A DNA stretch of 32,000 nt from Nitrospirota bacterium (GTDB taxonomy: Bacteria; Nitrospirota; UBA9217), in contig CAWIYV010000004.1 of the NCBI GenBank assembly GCA_963840455.1, forward strand, positions 42,770 to 74,769. Reading direction: 5' to 3'. Below the pieces are notes generated by a model. That model did no database searches, was not told where the DNA came from, and was given only the letters and a program-made list of their open reading frames with translations. Positions 9,477-17,370 of this stretch are shown in pieces; the first letter of the stretch is position 1, and every line of letters starts with the position of its first letter. The translations under genes were made by a program, and so were the position numbers.

Positions 9477-11306
9477 CTACATCTCCACCCGCGTTACCAC
9501 GCCGTGCAGTTTGTTCGCCGGAAGCTTGAAGAACTGCACGATGTTCGGCGTCAGCTTCTTGATGACCGAGAACGCCTGCCAGCAGATGTTCGTTGCCGTG
9601 ATGTCCTCGACCCCGTAGAAGATCGTCTTCTCCCTGATGTCCGCTTCCCGAAGGATCTCCTCCACGTCGGGGATCTCCATGTACCCCATCTGGATCTCGA
9701 AGGACCGGAGCCCCGGCGCAAGGTCCTCCTTGAAGTAGCCGGTCACGCCGAAGGGATCGTCACGCCGGACGATCGAGACGATGATATTGTCCTCGTAGAG
9801 GATGTTGTTCTTGAACATGGTGTGGACCACATAAGGGGGGATCTCTTTCGCGTCCTTGGCGAAGAACAGCGCCGTGCCGCTGATCTTGTTCACGGCCTGG
9901 TAGATCTGATTATAGCTCAGCAGGAACACATCCAGCTGCAGCGGCTGGAGCGCATTATAGAGCTTCTTCTGTCCCCGCGTGTACAGCATGATCATGCTGA
10001 ACGGCATCGAAGCGATGATGAGCGACCAGAACCCGCCGTGGGGGATCTTGTAGGTGTTGGACACGAGGAAGGCAATGTTCACCACGGTCACGAAGATCGA
10101 AACGGCAGCGTGCCCGTATTTCCCGCGACGCAGGAAGATCCAGGTCATCATGAAACCGGTCAGCGTCATGGTCCCCGTGACCGCCAGGCCGTAAGCTGCC
10201 GCCAGGTTGCTCGACCGCTGGAACTCGAACATGATGAACAGCACGGCGATCAGCAGGAACCAGTTGACGGACCCGATGTAGATCTGCGACTGGCGCTCGC
10301 GTGAAGTGTAGTCGATCCTGAACATGGGCATGACGCGGGTGGCGATGCCCTGGTACACGATGGAGAACATGCCGCTGATCATGGCCTGCGATGCAATGAC
10401 CGTGGCCATGATGCTGAGCACCAGGAACGGGATGTAGAGCGGCCGGGCCTGGTTGAACACCATTTCGAACAGCACGTTCTTGGCATCGGGATGGGCGATG
10501 ACGAAGGCGCCCTGACCCAGGTAGTTGATGATCAGTGCGAAGAACACGAAGTACCATGCACGGACGATGGGCGCCCTGCCCAGATGCCCCATGTCGGCAT
10601 ACAGCGCCTCGCCTCCCGTGGCGCAGAGGATGACCTCGGACAGGACAAAGAACCCGGTGATACCGTGATCCACCAGGAAGTTGACCGCATAGTACGGATT
10701 GACGGCCAGGACGACGTACGGGGCGTGGATAATGGACGCGAGACCGGACAGCGTGAGCGCCGCGAACCAGACGATCATGATCGGGCCGAACGCCGCAGCC
10801 ACCTTCTCCGTTCCCTTTTTCTGGACCGAGAAGAGGGCGATGGCTATGAGGCCGGCGATGGCGATCAGGGCCGCCTGTTTGGTCTCCTCGAGCCCCGGGA
10901 TCAGGAGCAGGCCTTCCACGGCGCTCAGGATACTGATTGCAGGAGTAATGACGCCGTCGCCGATGATGAGAGAGATGCCGATGAAGGAAAGCAGGGTGAT
11001 AAAGGTCACCTGCCTGCCGGACCGGAGGAGCGGGACGAGGATCTCCCGCAGCACGATCGTGCCGCCCTCGCCCCGGTGGCCGAGACTCATGGCAAGCCAG
11101 GCGTACTGGACCGTGACCAGGAGGATGAGTGTCCAGACGATGAGCGACAGGACACCGACCACATGCTCATCTGTTACCGGCTTCGGCATCAGCAGGAAGA
11201 TGACCGTGAGGGTGTAGATGGGGCTTGTGCCGATGTCGCCGAACACCAGGCCGAGCGACTGAACGATGCCGCGGAGAGAGATTTTTTTCTTCGTCATAGC
11301 GCCCAT
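9477..11306 (-). CDS. kup: KUP-family potassium transporter
   Basis: LGLVFGDIGTSPIYTL, GEGGTIVLREIL, LIIGDGVITPAISILSAVEG, GGEALYADMGHLGRAPI; 609 aa. Confidence 0.95.
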   Translation of the reverse strand: MGAMTKKKISLRGIVQSLGLVFGDIGTSPIYTLTVIFLLMPKPVTDEHVVGVLSLIVWTLILLVTVQYAWLAMSLGHRGEGGTIVLREILVPLLRSGRQVTFITLLSFIGISLIIGDGVITPAISILSAVEGLLLIPGLEETKQAALIAIAGLIAIALFSVQKKGTEKVAAAFGPIMIVWFAALTLSGLASIIHAPYVVLAVNPYYAVNFLVDHGITGFFVLSEVILCATGGEALYADMGHLGRAPIVRAWYFVFFALIINYLGQGAFVIAHPDAKNVLFEMVFNQARPLYIPFLVLSIMATVIASQAMISGMFSIVYQGIATRVMPMFRIDYTSRERQSQIYIGSVNWFLLIAVLFIMFEFQRSSNLAAAYGLAVTGTMTLTGFMMTWIFLRRGKYGHAAVSIFVTVVNIAFLVSNTYKIPHGGFWSLIIASMPFSMIMLYTRGQKKLYNALQPLQLDVFLLSYNQIYQAVNKISGTALFFAKDAKEIPPYVVHTMFKNNILYEDNIIVSIVRRDDPFGVTGYFKEDLAPGLRSFEIQMGYMEIPDVEEILREADIREKTIFYGVEDITATNICWQAFSVIKKLTPNIVQFFKLPANKLHGVVTRVEM

Positions 11307-11485
11307 CCCGGCAGGGCCCCCTTGAGATAGTGGAACACCTGGACCCTACCGTTCAACCGGCCAGCCACGTAGATGCGGTCGTTCCCATCGATGGCGATCC
11401 CCGCCGGGAGAGGAAAATATCCTGACCGGGGCCCAAACTGCCCGATAATGAGCAGAACATTCCCCTGATGGTCAAATTTGAACAT
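11294..11485 (-). pseudogene. C-terminal remnant of an NHL-repeat beta-propeller protein
   Basis: MFKFDHQGNVLLIIGQFGPRSGYFPLPAGIAIDGNDRIYVAGRLNGRVQVFHYL matches about one to one-and-a-half NHL blades. In-frame stop codon at 11504-11506 upstream, no signal peptide and no further blades. Confidence 0.6.
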
Positions 11486-11646
11486 TGCTGAAGGCCGCGT
11501 CGGTCACGATACTGGACAGTACCGCTATGAAGAATCGATTGTGGATCATATTGCAAAGGTATGCAGACAATGATCGACTGTTAGTATACCATAAAAACAG
11601 GTGTCCGCCTCTTACTTTCCAGGGTAATCCCGCAGAACACTGAAGA

Positions 11647-11780
11647 GTTAGCGCTCGCTCCTGGATTTAAGCTCCCTGCTGCAAGAGGCATGGAGCTTCG
11701 ATCCTCAGAGAACTCTGTTATTCTAATCGCTCGCTGGCCCCGCGGCAGACTGCGGGGAATGCGCTCGCTCCTGGATTTAA
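11647..11780. repeat. Palindromic interspersed repeat, locus 1
   Basis: 20-bp direct repeat GCGCTCGCTCCTGGATTTAA at 11651-11670 and 11761-11780; AAGCTCC/GGAGCTT hairpin (11669-11698); ATTCTAATCGCTCGCT (11720-11735); CCCCGC/GCGGGG hairpin (11738-11757). Confidence 0.8.
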
Positions 11781-11849
11781 GGTGAATTGTTGACTGCGAT
11801 GGCAGCTTCCCCGGGGCCATCGACCATCGCAGTACCGGTAAATATGTTC

Positions 11850-11878
11850 TTGACAGGCTATGCGATATTCGTTTAAAT
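11850..11878 (+). promoter_or_regulatory. Candidate sigma70 promoter upstream of the multiheme cytochrome gene
   Basis: TTGACA (11850-11855), 17-nt spacer, TTAAAT (11873-11878). Confidence 0.4.
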
Positions 11879-11950
11879 ATACCCTATGAAAAATATCAGC
11901 TGCCAGCACTGCCAACTGAAAGAGATCTATTGATCCGGCCTTCCGGATGA

Positions 11951-12772
11951 ATGTCTGATATGGCACGGTACCCGGCAAGGCTGTGTATGCTCAGCGTAGA
12001 GATCATGACCGTCCTCATCATGGGTGCTGCGCTGGCCTGCGTGAGCGACACCACTTCGGAAGGCATTTCAGGGACGCAATTCGATCTCGTCTGGAAATAT
12101 CCAAAACTCCCCCCTCCGGCCCAGTACGGCAATATCCTGATCAGCCGCCTGACCCGCAGCAGCACGCACCTGCCGGTCGCCTTCTCACACTGGGTCCACC
12201 GGCGCTTCTATACGTGCCGTGTCTGCCATTTCGAGCTGAACTTCGCCATGAAGACGAACGCGTCGGACATCACGGAAGCAACGATCCGGAAGGGCGATTA
12301 CTGTGGGGCATGTCACAACGGCAAGATCGCGTTCGGCATCAACGATTCCACATGCGGGAACTGTCACACCGGCAAGATCAACTCGTCCGATGACCGCTTC
12401 TCTCTCCTGAAGGACTTCCCGAAGGCAAGATACGGTGACGAGATCAACTGGGTCAAAGCGCTCAAAAAGGGCCTCATTACGCCGAAGCAGAGTCTCTTTA
12501 ATCCGGACTATGAGCCGATCCAGTTCGAAAAGATCCTGCGTCTTGAGCCCGAAAGGAGGATGATTAAGACCCGGGCGATCTTCCCCCACCAGAAGCACAC
12601 CGATTGGCTCGACTGCGCCGATTGTCATCCCGGCATCTTCAACATCCAGAAGAAGGGCGCCCAGCGTTTCCGTATGGACTACATCAATAGCGGGATGTTC
12701 TGCGGCGTCTGCCACCTCACTGTCGCCTTCCCTGTCCAGGACTGCAGGAGATGCCACCCTGACCTGAATTGA
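11951..12772 (+). CDS. Hexaheme c-type cytochrome, probable lipoprotein with two c(7)-type triheme modules
   Basis: Six CXXCH motifs: CRVCH, CGACH, CGNCH, CADCH, CGVCH, CRRCH; lipobox-like GAALAC. True start may be ATG 11987 or 12005. Confidence 0.88.
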   Translation: MSDMARYPARLCMLSVEIMTVLIMGAALACVSDTTSEGISGTQFDLVWKYPKLPPPAQYGNILISRLTRSSTHLPVAFSHWVHRRFYTCRVCHFELNFAMKTNASDITEATIRKGDYCGACHNGKIAFGINDSTCGNCHTGKINSSDDRFSLLKDFPKARYGDEINWVKALKKGLITPKQSLFNPDYEPIQFEKILRLEPERRMIKTRAIFPHQKHTDWLDCADCHPGIFNIQKKGAQRFRMDYINSGMFCGVCHLTVAFPVQDCRRCHPDLN

Positions 12773-13285
12773 CCCCACCCGATCCCCTGGCCGTGTGCAA
12801 TGAGCGCTCCCCGACGACCCTGTCCAGATCATGCTCGATCGCTGCAGTGACGCATGAACGAAAACGGTGGTTGAAACACAGATGAACACGGTTTAAAGAG
12901 CGGAGCAGAACCTTATGAGACGGAGGAACGTCACCCCACGGGTGATTCTTGTGTTTGGTTTATGATTCTGGAATATCCGTGTCGCTGAGAAGCGCCTGCT
13001 TTTGGTTATCCGTGTTGATGCGCGGCCAATGATTTTTCAGGATCAGAGACCTGACGAGCAGGGTCGGGCAATACGAGCGGGAGCGCTGTAGCGCGGTCAG
13101 CGGTACCGGAAACCGCGGAGTCAGCCTGCAAACGCTAGCCGCTGTAGCAGAGCAGCCGGGAGCACCATTCGCCTTCGGGTTCAACAGCAACGGTCAGATC
13201 AGACCAAACCGTTTCATGCGCCGGCGGAACGCGTCGCGGGGCATTTTCAGCAGCTGCGCAGCCCGGGTCTTAGTAATGCCATGGT

Positions 13286-14776
13286 TCAGGCGCTCCTTGT
13301 TTGTTCTTCGTTCTTGGGCAAGGGAAGGGTGATCGTGAAGGTCGCTCCCCTGCCCGGCGCGCTCTCCACGCCGAGTTCGCCTTTGTGCTGCTCCACGATC
13401 CGTTGCGTAATGGACAGACCCAGCCCCGTGCCCTGATGGCGCGTGGTGAAGAAGGGGATGAATATCCTGCCCAGGTTCTCGGGCGTAATGCCATCCCCGG
13501 AGTCCGTGAAGACGATCTTGATCGCGCCGGGAATGTCGCCTTCACGCTCCTCGGCCCGCGTTTCGACCGAGAATTTTCCGCCCTCCGGCATGGCCTTGAT
13601 GGCGTTCAGGGAGATGTTCAAAAGGGCCTGCTGCATCAGGTCCGGATCAAGGACCAGCCACGGCAGGCCGACCGTGAGCTTCCGCTCGACAGTGATGCCG
13701 TGTTTGGCGAACTGCGGCGAAAGGAAGTCGATAAGCTTCCCGATGAGCTCGTTGATGTCCACGAGAGTCATCTTGGGTTCGGGCGGCCGGGCGAAGGAGA
13801 GGAGGTTCCGGACCGCCTTGTCCATGCGCTCCACCTGGGACAGCACCTCGTCCAATATGCCACGTTTCGGGTCACCGGCCGCGATGTCCTTCTTCAGCAC
13901 CTGGATCACACCGGCAATGCCCGCCAACGGGTTTTTGATCTCATGGGCGATGCCGGCCGCCATCTCGCCGATGGATGCCAGACGGTCCGCCCGTTTCATC
14001 TGCTCGTAATGGTATCGCTCCACCCGGCGCCGGGCACGCTCCAGCTTGGACAGGAGCGAGTTGAACGCCTCGCCGAGCCTCCCGATGTCGTCGGCGCTCC
14101 TTACCTGCACCCGCGCCTCCAGCCCCCGCTCGGCGCGCTCCATGGTAGCAATGAGGTCCTGGATGGGGTCCGTAACGAACCGGGTCAGGAAGAGCCCGAG
14201 GAGGAGCGCCAGCGTCGCGGTGATGCCTAAGGCCCAGAGTATCATGGTCTTGCTGAGCTCGCCTACCTTTTCCTGCGTCTGGACCATGGACACGTCCACG
14301 GCCAGGATGCCGTTCAGCTTCGTCGAGGACCCATGGCAGCGAACGCATTGTTCCGTGTTCGCGATCGGGAAGAGCACGGAAAACACGCCTTCGTCCCGCC
14401 GCTTGATGGGCTTCTTGAACTCGCCCTCCAGGAACCATTTCTGGGTGGCGGCATCGACCTTCCGGCCGATCAGCCACGGTTTCGATGACTTCAGGATCAC
14501 GCCGCTGGGGCTGAAGATCTTCAATTCCCGGATATTCTGGTAGGTGCCGACGGCTTCGAGGACGTGCTGGACCTCCTTGCTCATGCCGTCCAGCATGGCG
14601 TTCGCGAGGCTCTGCTCGATGGTATTGGAGATGATGAGGACGTTGTCCTCGAGTGCGGACTCCATCTGTGCACGCTGGTAGCCGATGTTGATCCACGTAC
14701 CCGTACCGATGATGACTGCCAGGATGGCGGACACCGAGATGATGATCTTGCTCTTGAGGCTCGAGACGAATCTCAC
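13286..14776 (-). CDS. Membrane sensor histidine kinase with periplasmic CXXCH heme motif, HAMP, HisKA and HATPase_c domains
   Basis: TM helix, [31 protein letters not shown] helix, [24 protein letters not shown] (H-box), [23 protein letters not shown] (N-box), [32 protein letters not shown] start. Confidence 0.93.
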   Translation of the reverse strand: MRFVSSLKSKIIISVSAILAVIIGTGTWINIGYQRAQMESALEDNVLIISNTIEQSLANAMLDGMSKEVQHVLEAVGTYQNIRELKIFSPSGVILKSSKPWLIGRKVDAATQKWFLEGEFKKPIKRRDEGVFSVLFPIANTEQCVRCHGSSTKLNGILAVDVSMVQTQEKVGELSKTMILWALGITATLALLLGLFLTRFVTDPIQDLIATMERAERGLEARVQVRSADDIGRLGEAFNSLLSKLERARRRVERYHYEQMKRADRLASIGEMAAGIAHEIKNPLAGIAGVIQVLKKDIAAGDPKRGILDEVLSQVERMDKAVRNLLSFARPPEPKMTLVDINELIGKLIDFLSPQFAKHGITVERKLTVGLPWLVLDPDLMQQALLNISLNAIKAMPEGGKFSVETRAEEREGDIPGAIKIVFTDSGDGITPENLGRIFIPFFTTRHQGTGLGLSITQRIVEQHKGELGVESAPGRGATFTITLPLPKNEEQTRSA

Positions 14777-15708
14777 GCCGTCCTCACCTGCCCGACCAGC
14801 TCCCGCACGCTGCCGACACCCTGCTGCTCCAGGAACGCCCTGATGCCTTCCGCCACATCAACGGTCGCGCGGGGGTTCACAAAGTTCGCCGTCCCTACGG
14901 CGACCGCGGAGGCCCCTGCCAGGATGAACTCCAGGGCGTCCTCGGCCGTCATGATGCCGCCCATGCCGATGATCGGCAGGCTGACCGCTTTCGCCGCCTG
15001 CCAGACCATGCGCACGGCGACCGGCCTGATCGCCGGGCCGGAGAGCCCGCCCGTGCAGTTCGCCAGCCTCGGCCTCCGGCTCCGCACGTCGATGGCCATG
15101 CCGAGGAGCGTGTTGATGAGGGACAACCCATCGCACCCTGCATCGCGCGCCGCCTTCGCGAACTCGGTGATGTCCGTCACGTTCGGGGAAAGCTTGGCGA
15201 TGACCGGGAGCTTCGTGGCCTTCCGCACGGCCGAAAGGAGCTCAAAAGCGGCCGTGAGGTTCGTGCCGAACACGATGCCGCCGGCCTTCACGTTGGGGCA
15301 CGAGATGTTCACCTCGAGGCCGGACACGCCGGGCACACCGTCCAACCGCTCCGCCACGCCCACGTACTCCTCGAGACTGTAGCCGAAGATGTTCACGATG
15401 ACCGCCGTATCATAGATCCTGAGGAATGGGAGCTTGTCCCGGAGAAAGACGTCCACGCCCGGGTTCTCAAGGCCGATGGCGTTCAGCATGCCCGCCGGAG
15501 TCTCCCAGATGCGCGGCGGCGGGTTTCCGTTGATCGGTTTGAGGGAGATCCCTTTGACGATCACGCCGCCGAGCCGGTTCAGGTCGACGATATCGGCGTA
15601 CTCCTCACCGTAACCGAAGGTCCCCGACGCGGTCAGCACCGGGTTCTTCAGCTTGATCCCGGCGAAGTCGATGGCGAGATCGATGCTCATTTTTTTCTTT
15701 GGCTGCAT
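14773..15708 (-). CDS. pyrD: Dihydroorotate dehydrogenase, class 1B catalytic subunit
   Basis: [83 protein letters not shown]. Start ambiguous: ORF opens at 15753. ATG 15708 has GGAAG upstream, and ATG 15690 is also possible. Confidence 0.93.
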   Translation of the reverse strand: MQPKKKMSIDLAIDFAGIKLKNPVLTASGTFGYGEEYADIVDLNRLGGVIVKGISLKPINGNPPPRIWETPAGMLNAIGLENPGVDVFLRDKLPFLRIYDTAVIVNIFGYSLEEYVGVAERLDGVPGVSGLEVNISCPNVKAGGIVFGTNLTAAFELLSAVRKATKLPVIAKLSPNVTDITEFAKAARDAGCDGLSLINTLLGMAIDVRSRRPRLANCTGGLSGPAIRPVAVRMVWQAAKAVSLPIIGMGGIMTAEDALEFILAGASAVAVGTANFVNPRATVDVAEGIRAFLEQQGVGSVRELVGQVRTA

Positions 15709-15819
15709 AGACGCGCTTCCGTTGATACGGACACTGTTGGCGGCAAGGATCATGAAGAGGAAAAAAGATATGCTGTCTTACGGGCCCAGCCTGCGCTCTT
15801 ACCCTTGTACCGCCTCGTG

Positions 15820-15982
15820 TTGAAGCTCCCTGCAGTAAGCTGCAGGGAATCTTCGGTCCTCAAGGTAGTAATAGATCATTCTAATCGCTCGCTAACCCGC
15901 TGCACTCGCGGGTCCACTCGTAAACGCTGGGGGCAGGACCCCGCAGCAAGCTGCGTGGTTAGCGTTCGTTCCTGGATTCACC
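15820..15982. repeat. Palindromic interspersed repeat, locus 2, between pyrD and pyrK
   Basis: CCCTGCAG-TAAG-CTGCAGGG perfect hairpin (15828-15847); ATTCTAATCGCTCGCT (15878-15893) identical to locus 1; ACCCGC/GCGGGT hairpin (15895-15913); outer clamp CGCTAACC (15890-15897) / GGTTAGCG (15957-15964); GTTAGCGTTCGTTCCTGGATTCA resembles the locus 1 end. Confidence 0.8.
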
Positions 15983-16019
15983 TTTCGACCAGGAACAGAG
16001 AATACGTTACGCCATAAAG

Positions 16020-16085
16020 TTCACCGGGGACACCGAGGAAAAAATCGGCAAGCATGTACGCACATTTTTTTGTGGTCTCTGTGGT
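16020..16085. repeat. Possible degenerate member of the NNCRCNGAG inverted-pair family (copy G)
   Basis: TTCACCGGG-GACACCGAG on the left and TGTGGTCTCTGTGGT (reverse complement ACCACAGAG-ACCACA) on the right; outer units only. Confidence 0.35.
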
Positions 16086-16097
16086 AAAAGATGCTTG

Positions 16098-16901
16098 CTA
16101 GAGTAATTTGACAGCCCACTCGACCTCGCGCGAGTCGAACACCGGTCCTTCCTTGCAGACGCGCTTGTATCCGCCCGCCTTCATGGCAATGGAGCAGCCC
16201 ATGCAAACGCCCAGGCCGCAGGCCATGCGCTCCTCCATAGAGACATAACAGGGTACTGCGTGCTCTGCGGCGAGCCTGCTTACCGCGGCGAGCATGGCAT
16301 GGGGACCGCAGGCGTAGATGACCGGCCGGCCGTCGCGCGCCTGACCGGAAAGATATTCCGCAAGGCTGTCGGTAACGAAACCGCAGGTGCCGCGGCTGCC
16401 GTCCTCGGTGGCGTAATGGATGGCCTTCACACGCGAACGGAAGTCCTTCATGGCCGACATCGGCGGCAGGCATTCTTTATCGCGGGACCCCGCGAACACC
16501 CGGGACTGTTTTCCGTACCGGGCCGCAAAATAGAGGAGCGGCGGGAACCCGCTGCCGCCTGCGATGAGAAGGGGCGTCGCGCCCTTTGCCGGTGCCGGGA
16601 AACCGTTGCCCAAGGGTCCAATAACGGACAGAATGCTTCCCTTCTTAACCGCCGTAAGCAGAGTCGTACCCCTGCCAACCACCCGGTAGTAAAGTTCAAG
16701 GGACCTCTTTGCGATGATCGAGGAAATGCCGAAGGGACGGGCAAGGAGCGGGTCAAGGTTCTCCGACACCCTGAGCATGACGAAATGGCCGGGGACGGAG
16801 ACAGAGGCAAGCGCCGGCGCCTGGAGCACGAGCCGATAAAATCCCCTGCCTGCCGGCCGGTGATGGAGCACGGTCGCGCGGTGCAGCTTACTCGACGGCA
16901 A
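16098..16901 (-). CDS. pyrK: Dihydroorotate dehydrogenase electron transfer subunit
   Basis: GHFVMLRV, RPFGIS, GPLGNGFP, and iron-sulfur cysteines ACGLGVCMGCSIAMK...RVCKEGPVFD. ORF start codon is TTG; the exact start is uncertain. Confidence 0.93.
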   Translation of the reverse strand: MPSSKLHRATVLHHRPAGRGFYRLVLQAPALASVSVPGHFVMLRVSENLDPLLARPFGISSIIAKRSLELYYRVVGRGTTLLTAVKKGSILSVIGPLGNGFPAPAKGATPLLIAGGSGFPPLLYFAARYGKQSRVFAGSRDKECLPPMSAMKDFRSRVKAIHYATEDGSRGTCGFVTDSLAEYLSGQARDGRPVIYACGPHAMLAAVSRLAAEHAVPCYVSMEERMACGLGVCMGCSIAMKAGGYKRVCKEGPVFDSREVEWAVKLL

Positions 16902-17370
16902 TCTCGATCTCCTGGATCTCGTATTCCACGGTCTTGGCAGGCGTGGTGATGGTCACCACGTCGCCCACCTTGTGGCCGATGAGCGCCTTGCCCACGGGCG
17001 ACTGCACCGAGATCTTGCCTTTTTTCAGGTCGGCCTCTTCCTGGCCCACCAGGGTGTACTTCCTGATATCGCCGGATGACCTGTCCGCAAGCGTAACCGT
17101 CATGCCGAACACGACCTTTTCGTTCGTCAGTTTCGAGACATCGATGATCTGGGCGTGGGCAAGCTTGTGCTCCAGCTCGCGCTTCTTGGCGTCGATGTGG
17201 CCCTGGCGCTCCTTCGCAGCGTGGTACTCGGCGTTCTCCGAGAGGTCGCCATGTCCCCGGGCCTCCTCGATGTCCCTGATGTTCTTGGGGCGCTCCACTT
17301 TCATCAGGTGGTCGAGCTCCTTCTTGATCTTTTCGTAGCCCTCTCTGGTCATCGGAACTTTCTTGGTCAT
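16888..17370 (-). CDS. greA: Transcription elongation factor GreA
   Basis: [57 protein letters not shown] and [21 protein letters not shown]. Confidence 0.97.
   Translation of the reverse strand: MTKKVPMTREGYEKIKKELDHLMKVERPKNIRDIEEARGHGDLSENAEYHAAKERQGHIDAKKRELEHKLAHAQIIDVSKLTNEKVVFGMTVTLADRSSGDIRKYTLVGQEEADLKKGKISVQSPVGKALIGHKVGDVVTITTPAKTVEYEIQEIEIAVE

Noticed and set aside
9354-10304. 316-aa plus-strand ORF antisense to kup
   Set aside because: Overlaps strong kup coding sequence and is low-complexity His/Arg/Asp-rich.
11581-11978. Small minus-strand ORFs (79 aa and 86 aa) containing LNPGASA
   Set aside because: Their sequence is the translation of the palindromic repeat block AATCCAGGAGCGAGCGC; not credible proteins.
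12773-13285. Intergenic region between the cytochrome and kinase genes considered as a decayed gene or tRNA
   Set aside because: Only short stems such as GCGCT/AGCGC; no cloverleaf, no T-loop GGTTCGANTCC, no recognisable protein fragment.
13301-14230. 309-aa plus-strand ORF antisense to the histidine kinase
   Set aside because: Kinase motifs on the minus strand are unambiguous; the plus frame has no recognisable features.
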